From positions 30,084,596 through 30,148,595 of the forward strand of contig NC_083439.1 of NCBI RefSeq assembly GCF_020745735.1: a stretch of 64,000 nucleotides of DNA, in the 5' to 3' direction. The translations under genes were made by a program, and so were the position numbers. Origin of the DNA: Hemiscyllium ocellatum. Its lineage: Eukaryota. Below the pieces are notes generated by a model. That model made no database searches. It saw only the letters and a program-made list of their open reading frames with translations, and was not told the origin of the DNA. Position 1 is the first letter of the stretch; the number at the start of each line of letters is the position of its first letter. Below are positions 37,081-49,492 of this stretch, one piece after another.

Positions 37081-38336
37081 TAGAATAACTACAGTGTGGA
37101 AACAGGCCATTTGGCCCAACAAGTCCACACTGACATTTTGAAGAGTAACCCAGCCAAACCCATTCCCTTACCCTATTACTCTACATGTTCCTTGACTGAT
37201 GCACTGAACTTACGTGTCCCAGTGCACGAACGGTAATTTACCATGGCTCATCCACCTAACCTGCACATCTTTGAACAGTGGGAGGAAACCAGAGCTCCCA
37301 GAGTAATTCCACACAGACACAAGGAGAATGTGCCAACTCCACACAGAGTGTCGCCCGAGACTGGAATCGAACCCATGTCCCTGGTGCTGTGACGCAGCAG
37401 TGCTAACCACTGTGCCACCATGCTGCCCCATCGTCCCTTTTAGAATGAATGTAAAATTCTCTCAACACCCTGTACTTGCATCGACCTATCACCATTCCAG
37501 CTATCTTCCTCCCCAACCGCTAACCTTCTATTTATCTCTCAGCCCCCTTTCCCAACCCATAATCCTGATGAAGTACTTATACCTGAAACATTGACTCTCC
37601 TGTTCCTCAGATGCTGCAAGACCTGCTTTACTTTTCAGGGACCATACACTTTGACTGTGATCTCCAGAAACTGCAAACCTCACTTTCTCCCTCAACATCA
37701 TCCCCCAACAAACTCCGCCAGAGCAAGGTCAGCGTGGGACTCGATACATGAGCTTCCTCTGCTCATTTTCACTGAACAGAAAGCTGTCTCTACACTTTTA
37801 AACTAAATGTACAGCTACACTGTCTGCATCAAACACTTTCAATCCAGGGACATCACTGGGTTAGAAATGGAGTAATAGATTCTACTCTTTCCAATTGAAG
37901 CTAAAGCTTCTTCTATTCTTGAAAACTGGAAGGAAAGCTATCCCCATCAAAGGTTCCCAGGACAGAGACAGCACACGGTGAAATACAGAGTAAAACAGCC
38001 ACGACTCTATGAATTAAAAGGAACATCACAGTAAAGCTCTCCCTGCATTGTCCTGATCAAACATTCCCGTGACAGGGACATGACAAGTTTAGATACAGAA
38101 TAAAGCTTCGTCCATATTGCCTCCATCAAACACTTCCAGGGGGAGGTGTAATATAAGGTCAATCCCTTTGTTCTGCCCAAACCCCATCCTCAGACAATCT
38201 CTCCGTGGGTCTCACTGTCAGTCTCCTCAGGTGAGGGTGGGGAGGACCCAGCAGACACCCTCCTGTATCAATGAGCTACGTTTGATGATTACATTGATGG
38301 GCCTTCACCATGAGACCTTGTGGAGCTGAATTCAGT

Positions 38337-38518
38337 CAGGTGACAGCACAGCAGCTCACAGCCACTCCTATTGGTCCAAATGAAATAGGCCCTCCTGGTA
38401 ATAACTCAATGAGTTCAATCATTGGTGGACATTGTAGAGATTGGGGCTGGTTGATTGGTTCAATGCTGCTGCTTCTGGTCACATTGGTGTCAGGTGAGTG
38501 CAGGTTGTGTGTATAAAA
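38337..38518 (+). promoter_or_regulatory. ZP3 copy 4 proximal promoter
   Basis: CAGGTG 38337-38342, ATTGG cluster, TATAAAA 38512-38518. Confidence 0.62.
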
Positions 38519-38563
38519 GGAGCTGGTTGGGGGTGTGTGGGGATGGTTGAGTTGTTTGTGATC

Positions 38564-40070
38564 ATGGGTGATTTTGTAGTGAGGGGTTTGTTCCCTTTGT
38601 TGGTGTTAGTTGGAGCTGTCTGTTGCTCTGAAACATGGCAACAGTTTCTGAGCCAGAGGTTTCCATGGACAATAGTGAGAGCCAGCCCTGTTCCTGAGAG
38701 AGTACCTCCTCATGGGGATCCCATTGCTTCCAGTTTCTGAATGTCTGAGGTTGGGAGTGTGTCCCCACTGCAGACTGTGATGGTGCAGTGTGGAGAGCAC
38801 AACCTGCTGGTCAGGGCCCAGCTGGATTTGTTTGGAACCAGGCACCTGATTAAAGCTGCTGACCTGACCCTGGGGACAGCAGGTTGTCAGCCAACCAGGG
38901 TCTACCCTGAGAACCAGACTGTCCTCTTTGACTATGGGCTGCATGAGTGTGGTAGTAGATTGCAGGTAATGGGGGTTGTCTACTCTTGCTGGAAGTTTAG
39001 GCTGTCCATGTTTTCCTGGGTGTGGTGATGTTGATATTGAGGAGGACTAGACTTCTAAATTCTCAGATGATTGGCTTACAGAGCGCACTTCCACTCTCTA
39101 CTACCTGGGAGACCTCATTCACATTGAGGCATCTGTTTCAATGGCCAACCATGTGTCCCTGAAGCTGTACATTGATCGCTGTGTAGCTACACTGAGCCCA
39201 GACAAGGACTCCACCCTGAGATACAGCATCGTTGACTACAATGGGTAAGGAGTTCTCTGCTTTCTCCAGCTGCTCCCATCTCAATGGCTTCACTCCATTC
39301 ACTTCATGGCCCTTTGTCCATCTGCAGTTGCCTCCTGGACAGCAAAGCTGAGGACTCCTTTTCAACCTTTGTGTTGCCGAGAGACGGGCGGAAGCCAGAC
39401 AAGCTCCAGTTTGACCTGGATGCCTTCCGTTTCTATGGAGATGAGTGATCCTTGGTAAGAGGAAGCTGCTGATGTGCTTCTCCACATTGGGGAGGGAGTC
39501 ACTAAACACTGACTTGTTCTGACTGTCCCTCAGATGTTCATCACCTGTCACCTGAGAGTTGCTGCAGTGGATCAGGGAGATTCCAGGAACAAAGCTTGTA
39601 CTTTCCAGAAGCTGGAGCGTATGTAAGTTCCCTCTCCCTGTCCCTCAGGGATGTTGTTGGGAGAGGTGATGCACCATGTGGTTGATGGGCTGTTTCTCTT
39701 GTTTAGCTGGACCCCATTGGAGGGGTCAGACAGTGACATTTGTGCCTGTTGCCATGTGGGGAATTGTGGAGGCCTCACTTGGCCCCCTGATCATTCTGGA
39801 TACTGAGCTGACAAACCTGGCAACTCCTCCCCTGACTGAGGGTGACAGAAGGATTCAGGAGAGGTCTCCAAACGGTGAGTTGGCTTCCTGCTAGTTTCCC
39901 TTGTCCCTGTTTTCCCTCAGTAACCATTGGTTTCTCCTTGTTTTGTAGGTGTGGAGTCAGAGCTGGTTGTGATGGTGGTCCTGACTGTGACAGCTGTCTG
40001 TCTGATCTCTGCTTCATTGCTGGCCTTCCTCCTGTACAGGAGACACAAGCAAACACCCATCAACTGGTGA
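38564..40070 (+). pseudogene. ZP3: ZP3-like pseudogene, copy 4
   Basis: R59* (TGA 38738-38740); exons 2-3 deleted (intron 1 joined to exon 4 near 39065); second TGA in exon 5 (39446-39448); exons 7/8 fused by a frameshifting deletion near 39769. Remaining pieces: 38564-38965, 39067-39244, 39328-39454, 39534-39622, 39707-39874, 39949-40070. Confidence 0.92.
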
Positions 40071-43000
40071 TTGACAGTCAATAAAGCAGTGATTCATGGT
40101 GTCTTCTCTCTTAACCTGGTTTGTTTCTGCATCCTCTTTCATACTATCCCTGGGTTTAGCCTCTCCAATCCACGAACTGCGCTTTGATTGGGTGATGGAA
40201 GATTATGGTTTGCTTCTTCCAGGAAGTACAGGGGTTTGATGACATTGGAAGGTGCTTTCCATTCAGATGAAATCACTGTTCACAGAATGTGCTGGAAGAA
40301 CTGCTCAGATGTGGCAGTGTCTGAGGGAGGAGCAGTGGGGGTTCCTCGTCTGTTCTGATTCTCTTCAGAAGTGTCCATGTGGATTCCTAATGTTCCCGTC
40401 TCCTGAGATGCTGCCAGTCCTGTGTTTGTGAATTGTTATCCCCCTAATTTCTGACACCTACAGTATTGGGATATCAAACTGATGGGCATGGAAATGATCA
40501 TGCCCCTGAACCACAAAGCTGTGTTGGCAAGTCCAGAAGTGTTGTGGTCACTTGACTGAATAGAAACCTAATTTTGAATGTGGATGGCCCTAATGATCTA
40601 TTCAGAGTTGAATGTCAACTGTGCTCACCCCTCCAGGACAGGGGATGTGGTTGAAGACATCTTACACCACCTCTAACTAACATGGACACTTTTGAACATG
40701 TCACTGTCTACTTCCCTTCTTTCCACACCTTCCATATCCTCCTTCACAGTAAACACTGAACTGTTCTCCCTCCTTGTGGGTGTAAAATATGGTAACAATA
40801 CCATCCAGTAATGGAGGGCATGGTGTGTCATGGTACCAGTGTAGCTGTAGCAGATGAACTCGTTGTTGTACCTGACAGAGGCAGGCAGAGCTGGGGCCAT
40901 GTAGGTGCCCATAGCTACCCCTTTACTCTGAATTGGTTTCACCAAGCTGTAGAACATTTCTGGACTTCACAGCAATCAACCCCATCACCTTCTGGCTGAA
41001 CACTCCAACTCCTCCTTCCAGTCTGTCACAGACATGCAAGTCCTGGGCTGCCTCTCCCACCAAATTCTAGCCTCCCAACAACTGGAGGAAGAATACCTCA
41101 TCTTCCATCTTTTGATCTTGTGGTTGGAGGATTCCAGTGTGGATTTCTCCAGTTCTGATCTTCCTTTCCCACCTTATCCCAGATCCAACCATCTTACTCA
41201 GCACTGCCCTCTTTCTCTTGGAAATGTCTATCTTCTTTCTCTCCACTGACCATCACAGACAAATCACCTCCCCCCACCCCCACCCCCCAACTTCAACTAA
41301 CTATATTGTATTCCCAGATATTTTCCCCAGCCCTACCCATTTATCTCTGCCCCCTTGGAATCCCCTTCCACATTCCTGATGCCAAGCTTATGCTTTAAAT
41401 GTTGACTCTACTGTTCATCAGATACTGCCTGACCAGCTGTGCTTTCCCAGTACCACATGTTTTGACTCTGATCTACAGCCATCCCCATCTCCCTTGCCCA
41501 ATGTAGTCAGTTCCCATAAACAACCCTTGACAAAAGGTAAATTCAGAAAACACTCTCTTGCCAATCCAAAAGCAGGAACAGCTCCACGCACTCCCCCCAA
41601 CCCCCCGCCCAGCCCAGATTTTGTGACTGAAGGAGTGGGGGAAAATAGCTTTCACTGGAAGATCTTAGCAGCACTGCTACATGTTAAAAGTACTGTATTT
41701 GAGAACTTGACCACACCCATTCAGACTGATTCTATTGTTTCAATTTAAATAGAAAACCCAAGGCCTGGTTTTCAATAGACAGCTTCCCACCTTTGCCTCA
41801 AAGACTCTCTCCAAAAAACTTGGACAAAATATGATTCTTCAAACCATAGCATTGTCAGATGGTGAAGACTCGAAGGAACTTACACTCCGGACTAAAAGCA
41901 AAATACTGCACAGGCTGGAAATCTGAAACCACAGAATGCTGGGAAACTCAGGTGGTCTGGCAGCGTCTGTGGTCAGGTATTGCTAACCGTCCAAGTGTCT
42001 CAAAACACAAACGTGTACCTGTCTCCCCAGTCACTGCTAAGATTTCTCCTGCATTCTCTTGGGCAGCATGGTGGCACAGTGGTTAGCAATCAGTTTGATT
42101 CCAGCCTTGGGTGACTATCTGTGTGCCATTCTCCCTGTCTGGGTGTTTTTTTTTTCCCAAAATCCAAAGATGTGCAGGTTAGATGAAATGGCTATGCTAC
42201 ATTAACCATAGATTTTAGGGATATGTAGGTTAGGGGCATGAGTCAAGGCTAAATGTAGAGTAAGAGAATGGGTCTAGGTGGCTTATTGTTCAGACGGTCA
42301 GTATGGACGTGTTGAACTGAATGGCCTGCTTCCACACTGCAGGGATTCTATGTTCATTAAACTCATGATTCCTTGACACTAATGGCTATCACTGAACCAT
42401 CTGTCTTAGGCTCAGGGTTCTGTCTACAGGTGGGTGGAACAAGTGGCATAATGGTAGTGTTACTGAGACAGGAATTCAGTGAGTCAGGTTAATCATCTGA
42501 GGCTGGGGGCTCCAATCTTATTGTAGTCACTAATGGAGTTTTGTGTTCCTTTCATTTTGAAAATATCTAATCTCAGTAATTGTGACTGAGAAACTAATCT
42601 TTTATAAAATCTCATCTCATTCACAATTCCCATTAGGGAAGGAAATCCACCCTCTTGACCTGGTCTGGCCTAAATGTGACTCCAGACCCACAGCAATGTC
42701 GCTGATTCTGAAATAGCTGAGCAAACCAATCACATCAAGGGCAATTAGGGACAGACAATAAATCCCAGCCATGACAGAGAAGCCACAGGATGTTAATAGT
42801 GAGGGATTGAGCAATGGGAATATTATGGTGTGATAGTGAGATTTTCCCTTGTTGCAGACAGTTATTGCCTGAAGTTGTGTGTTCTGAATGTGAATGTTGT
42901 TCAGGTCTTGCTGCATTTGAACAGGGACTGTTTCAGTATCTGTGACGTTGTCAATGGGGCTGAACATTGGGCAATCATCAGCAAACATCCCCACTTGTGA

Positions 43001-43859
43001 CATTCTGGTGGAGGGAAGGTCTTTGATGGAGCAGTTGACATGGTTGTGTCTAAGAGAGTACCTTGAGGAACTCTTGCAAAGATATCCTGGGGATGTGGTG
43101 ATTGAACATTGATAACCAGAACCATCTTTCTTTGTGCTGGGCATGACTCCAAACAACAAAGGTTTTCTAATCCCACCGAATCCAAGTTTCCTTGGGACTC
43201 TTTAGTTCAAAGTGCAGTGGGCAGTTAGAGGGTTGGATTTGGGATAAACTGGGGAAGGGTGATCAGAAGTGATAAAATCTACATAGATCCCATGTGGTTG
43301 AAGGGTGCCAAAGATGTAAGAAGTTGCTCATCCTCCAGTTGTTGGGAGGCTAGTATTTGGTGGCAGAGGCAGCTGAGGACATGCATGTCCTTGGCCGAAG
43401 GGGAGTTGGACTGTTCACCCAGGGGGTTAATTATGTGTCCAAGAGATGTTCTGCAGGTTGGTGAAACCAATTGTCAGAGCAAAGGGTTAACTATGGGCAC
43501 CTGCGTGGACCCAGCTCCACCTGCCTCTTTGTCACTACATCCTCTGCAGCTACACTGGCACAACTACACATCTTGCCCACCATTACCTGATTGTATTGTT
43601 ACCATCTTTTGCTCTCAAGGAGGGAAAACAGTTCAGTATTTACTGTGGAGGAGGATATAGGCCAGACCAGGTCAACATGGTAGATTTCTTTCCCTAATGG
43701 GAATTGTGAATGAGATAAGATTTTATAAAAGATTAGTTTCACAGTCACTATTACGCAGAGTAGATATTTTCAAACAAAAGATGGATTTTCATGTTCTATC
43801 AGCAACTACAATAAAATTTTAACCCCCTAGCCTCCAATGATTAACCCGACTCACTGAAT

Positions 43860-44620
43860 CCCTCCATGACTCCCTCTTCAGGTCCACACCCCCCACCAAC
43901 CCAACCTCCACCTCCCGCACCTTCCCCTGCAACCGCAAGAAATGCAAAACTTGCGCCCACACCTCCCCCCTTACTTCTCTCCGAGACACCAAAGGGATCC
44001 TTCCATATCCACCACAAATTCACCCGCACCTCCACACACCTATTGCATCTGCTGCACCCGATGTGGCCTCCTCTATATTGGGGAGACAGGCCGCCTACTT
44101 GCTGAACGTTTCAGAGAATGCCTCTGGAACACCCGGACCAACCAACCCAACCACCCCGTGGCTCAACACTTTAACTCCCCCTCCCTCCCACTCCACCAAG
44201 GACATGCAGGTCCTTGGGCTCTTCCATCACCAGACCATAACAACACGACGGTTGGAGGAAGAGCATCTTCCACCTGGGAACCCTCCAACCACAAGGGATG
44301 AACTCAGATTTCTCCAGTTTCCTCATTTCCCCTCCCCCCACCTTGTATCAGTCGAATCTCTCGAACTCAGCACTGCCTTCCCAACCTGCAATCTTCTTCC
44401 TGACCTCTCCGCCCCCACCCCACTCCTGTCTATCACCCTCACCTTGACCTCCTTCCACCTATCACATCTCCATCGTCCCTCCTCCTTACCTTTTATCGTA
44501 GCCTGCTGGACACACTTTCTTCATTCCTGAAGAAGGGCTTATGCCCGAAACGTTGAATTTCCTGTTCCTTGGATGCTGCCTGACCTGCTGCGCTTTTCCA
44601 GCAACACATTTTCAGCTCTG
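43860..44620 (+). mobile_element. Penelope-like retroelement 3' fragment (GIY-YIG endonuclease plus terminal repeat)
   Basis: Frameshifted translation CNRKKCKTC...YCICCTRCGLLYIGETGRLLAERFREC...PVAQHFNSPS...HSTKDMQVLGL...RRLEEEHL; the CxxC...YIGETGR...RF pattern is typical of PLE GIY-YIG domains. Confidence 0.85.
44523..44558 (+). ncRNA. Minimal type-I hammerhead ribozyme motif in the PLE terminus
   Basis: ATTC-CTGAAGA-A-GGGC-TTAT-GCCC-GAAA-CGTT-GAAT: catalytic core, 4-bp stem II, palindromic ACGT stem III, ATTC/GAAT stem I. Confidence 0.6.
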
Positions 44621-47600
44621 CTTTACCACCAATTTGACTCTAATCTGCAGTCCCCACTTTCTCACTGATCCACTGTAGTCAGTTCCCAGCAATGCTCCCT
44701 GCACAGAAGAGAAGCTTAAAAAAAATGTCTCTTGCAACTCCGTGAGACAAAATAACACTCCTCCTCCTCTCCCCGCCCCCCCCACCCCCTTAGATTTTAT
44801 CTGTGACTGGGGTGGGGAAGATGGGTGGAAATTGGTTCCATTTCTAGGCCCGAGCAGCAACTGCTGCACGTTAAAACTACTAATTCATGTTGAGAGCTTG
44901 AAGACACTAAGTCAGGCTGCTTCTATTGTTTCAATTTCTTCACAACCCAAGGCCTCAGGCTGTTTATTTCACAGGTTTTTCAACAGACATCTCTCAACCT
45001 TTTTGCTTAAAGCCTCTTTTAAAAACTGGGACAAAATATAATTCTTAAAACCAGTGGATTGTCACATGCTGAAGTCTCTAGAAGGAACTTACACTCAGGA
45101 CTAAAAGCAAAATACTGCACAGGCTGCAAAACTGAAGCAAGCCACAGACTATGCTGGGAAAACTCAGGTAGTTTGGCTGCATCTGTTGACAGACACTCCT
45201 AACCTTTCAAGAGTCACATCCGTCATAAACCATGAACTGTCATTCCCGAGACTCTATTAAGATATTTCCGACACTGTCTTGGGCAGCAATGGTGCCACAG
45301 TGGTTAGCACTGCTCCTTCACAGCACCAGGGACCTGGGTTTGATCCTTGGGCAATTACCTCCGTGGAGTTCTCCCTGTCTCTGTGGGTTTCCTCCCACAA
45401 TCCAAATATGTACAGGTTAGGTGAGCTGGCTATGGTAAATTGACCATAACTTTTCGGGATGTGGAGGTTAGATGGAGCGTCAGTGGTCAATGCAAAGTAA
45501 TGGTCTGGGTGGCTTGCCTTTCAGAGGGTCAGTGTGGACTTGTTGGGCTGAATGCCCTGTTTCCACAGTGTATGGATTCTATGTTAATTAACCTCCTGAT
45601 TCCTTGACACTAATGGCTACCACTGAGCCATCTGTCTTAGGTTCAGGCTTCTGTCTACAGGTGGGTGGGACAAGTGGCATAATGGTAGTGTTACTGAGAC
45701 AGGAATTCAGTGAGTCGGGTTAATCATCTGAGGCTGGAGGCTTAAAATTTTATTGTAGTTGCTGATAGAACATGAAAATCCATCTTTTGTTTGAAAATAT
45801 CTACTCTGGGTAATAGTGACTGTGAAACTAATCTTTTATAAAATCTTATCTCATTCACAATTCCCATTAGGGAAAGAAATCTACCATGTTGACCTGGTCT
45901 GGCCTATATCCTCCTCCACAGTAAATACTGAACTGTTTTCCCTCCTTGTGAGAGCAAAAGATGGTAACAATACAATCAGGTAATGGTGGGCAAGATGTGT
46001 AATTGTGCCAGTGTTGCTGCAGAGGATGTAGTGACAAAGAGGCAGGTGGAGCTGGGGCCATGCAGGTGCCCATAGTTAACCCTTTGCTCCGACAATTGGT
46101 TTCACCAACCTGCAGAACATCTCTTGGACACATAACTAACCCTCTGGGTGAACAGTCCAACTCCCCTTCGGCCAAGGACATGCATGTCCTCAGCTGCCTC
46201 TGCCACCAAATACTAGCCTCCCAACAACTGGAGGATGAGCAACTTCTTACATCTTTGGCACCCTTCAACTACATGGGATCTATGTAGATTTTATCACTTC
46301 TGATCACCCTTCCCCAGTTTATCCCAGATCCAACCCTCTAACTGCCCACTGCACTTTCTGAACTAAAGAGTCCCAAGGAAAATTGGATTCGGTGGGATTA
46401 GAAAACCTTTGTTGTTTGGAGTCATGCCCAGCACAAAGAAAGATGGTTCTGCTTATCAATATTCAATCACCACATTCCCAGGACATCTCTGCCAGAGTTC
46501 CTCAACGTACTCTCTTAGACACAACCATGTCAACTGCTCCAAAGACCTTCCCTCCATCAGAATGTCACAAGTGGGGATGTTTGCTGATGATTGCCCAGTG
46601 TTCAGCCCCATTGACAACGTCACAGATACTGAAACAGTCCCTGTTCAAATGCAGCAAGACCTGAACAACATTCACATTCAGAACACTGTCTGCAACAAGG
46701 GAAAATTTCACTGTCACACCATGACAGTCTCCATGACATTCCCATTGCTCAATCCCTCACCATTAACATCCTGTGGCTTCTCCATCTCGGCTGGGATTTG
46801 TTGCCTGTCCCTAATTGCCCTGAATTTGATTGGTTTGCTCAGCTATTTCAGAATCAGTGACATTGCTGTGAGTCTGGAGTCACATTTAGGCCAGACCAGG
46901 TCAAGATGGTAGATTTCCTTCATAATGGGAAATGTGAATGAGATGAGATTTTATAAAAGATTACTTTCACAGTCACAATTACTAAAATTAGATATTTTCA
47001 AAATAAAGAGGAACACAAAAATCCATCAGTGACTACAATAAGATTTGACCCCCCCAGCCTCAGATGATTAACCTGACTCACTGAATTCCTGTCTCAGTAA
47101 CTTTACCATTATGCCACTTGTTCCACCTATCTGTAGACAGAAGCCTGAGCCGAAGACAGATGGCTCAGTGATAGCCATTAGTGTCAAGGAATCATGAGTT
47201 TAATGAACATAGAATCCCTGCAGTGTGGAAACAGGCCATTCAGTTCAACACGTCCATACTGACCCTCTGAACAATAAGCCACCTAAACCCATTCTCTTAC
47301 TCTACATTTAGCCTTGACTCATGCCCCTAATCTACATATCCCTAAAATCTATGGTTAATTTAGCATAGCCATTTCATCTAACCTGCACATCTTTGGATTG
47401 TGGGGAAAAAAAACACCCAGACAGGGAGAATGGCACACAGATAGTCGCCCAAGGCTGGAATCAAACTGATTGCTAACCACTGTGCCACTATACTGCCCAA
47501 GAGAATGCGGGAGAAATCTTAGCAGTGACTGGGGAGACAGGTTCACATTTGTGTTTTGAGACACTTGGACGGTTAGCAGTACCTGACCACAGATGCTGCC

Positions 47601-49492
47601 AGACCACCTGAGTTTCCCAGCATTCTGTGGTTTCAGATTTCCAGCCTGTGCATTATTTTGCTTTTAGTCCTGAGTGTAAGTTCCTTCCAGAATCTTCACC
47701 ATCTGACAATGCTATGGTTTGAAGAATCATTTTGTCCCAGTTTTTTTGAAGAGAGTCTTTGAGGCAAAGGTGGCAGCGATCTGTCGAAAACCCGTAAACA
47801 GACAATGAGGTCTTGGATTTTCTATTTAAATTGAAACAATAGAATCAGTCTGAATGGGTGTGGTCAAGCTCTCAGATTCAGTACTTTTAACGTGTAGCAG
47901 TACTGCTAAGGTCTTCCCGTGAAAGCTATTTTCCCCCACTCCTTCAGTCACAAAATCTGGGCTGGGGGGGCTGTTCCTGCTTTTGGATTGGCAAGAGTGG
48001 TTTCTGAATTTCCCTTGACAAAAGGGTAATGTTTATGAGAACTGACTACATTGGGCAAGGGAGAGGGGGATGGCTGCAGATCAGAGTCAAAACATGTGGT
48101 ACTGGAAAAGCACAGCTGGTCAGGCAGTATCTGATGACCAGGAGAGTCAACATTTCAAGCATAAGCTTGGCATCAGGAATGTGGGAGGTTCCAAGGGGGC
48201 AGAGAGATAAATGGGAAGGGGGTGGGGAAAGTATCTGAGAATACAATATAGTTAGCTGAAGGTGGGGGGTGGGGGACAGTGGCAGTGATGTTCAGTGGAG
48301 AAGTAGAGGAAAAAAAGATAGACATTTCCAAGAGAAAGAGGGCAGTGCTGAGTAAGATGGTTGGATCTGGGATAAGGTGGGAAAGAAGAGCAGAACTGGT
48401 GAAATCCACACTGGAATCCTCCATCCACAAGATCAAAAGATGGAAGATGAGGTATTCTTCCTCCAGTTGTTGGGAGGCTAGAATTTGGTGGGAGAGGCAG
48501 CCCAGGACTTGCATGCCCTTGGCAGAGTGGAAGGGGGAGTTGGAGTGTTCAGCCAGAAGGTGGTGGGGTTGATTGCTGTGAAGTCCAGAAATGTTCTACA
48601 GTTTGGTGAAACCAATTCAGAGTAAAGGGGTAGCTATGGGCACCTACATGACCCCAGCTCTGCCTGCCTCTGTCAGGTACAACAAAGTTCATTTTCTACA
48701 GGTACACTGGTACCATGACACATCGTGCCCTCCATTACTGGATGGTATTGTTACCATATTTTCCTCCCACAAGGAGGGAGAACAGTTCAGTGTTTGCTAC
48801 GGAGGAGGATATGGAAGGTGTGGAAAGAAGGGAAGTAGATAGTGACATGTTCAAGAGTGTCCATATTAGTTAAATGGAGGTGGTGTTAGATGTCTTCAAC
48901 TACATCCCCTGTCCTGGAGGGGTGAACACAGTTCACATTCACTGAATAGATCATTAGGATCATCTACATTCAAAATTAGGTTTCTATTCAGTTAAGTGAC
49001 CACAACCCTTCTGGACTTGCCAGCACAGCTTTGTGGTTCAGGGGCATGATAATTTCCAGCCCATCAGTTGGATATCCCAATTATGTAGGTGTCAGAAATC
49101 AGGGATAACAATTCACAAACAGCAGTACTGGCAGCATCTCAGGAGAGGGGAACATTGGGAATCTACATGGGCACTTCTGAAGAGAATCAGAACAGATGAG
49201 GAACTACAACTGCTCCTCCCTCAGGCACTGCTACATCTGAGCAGTTCCTCCAGCACATTCTGCAAACAGTGATTTCATCTGAATGGAAAGCACCTTTCAA
49301 TGTCATCATCAAACCCCTGTACTTCCTGGAAGGAGCAAACAATAATCTTCCATAACCCAATCAATCATTCAGAAAGCTCAGTTCATGGATTAGAGGGGCT
49401 AAACCCAGGGATAGTTTAAAAAGAGGGGATGCAGAAACAAACCAGGTTAAGAGAGAAGACACCATGAATCACTGCTTTATTGACTATTTCAA

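Larger units (their letters stand above)
1..43203 (+). repeat. Tandem segmental duplication, ~10-10.9 kb unit, + orientation
   Basis: Position 1 matches 9936; ATG spacings are 10537, 10893 and 10894; the order of transposon remnants is the same in each spacer. Confidence 0.95.
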
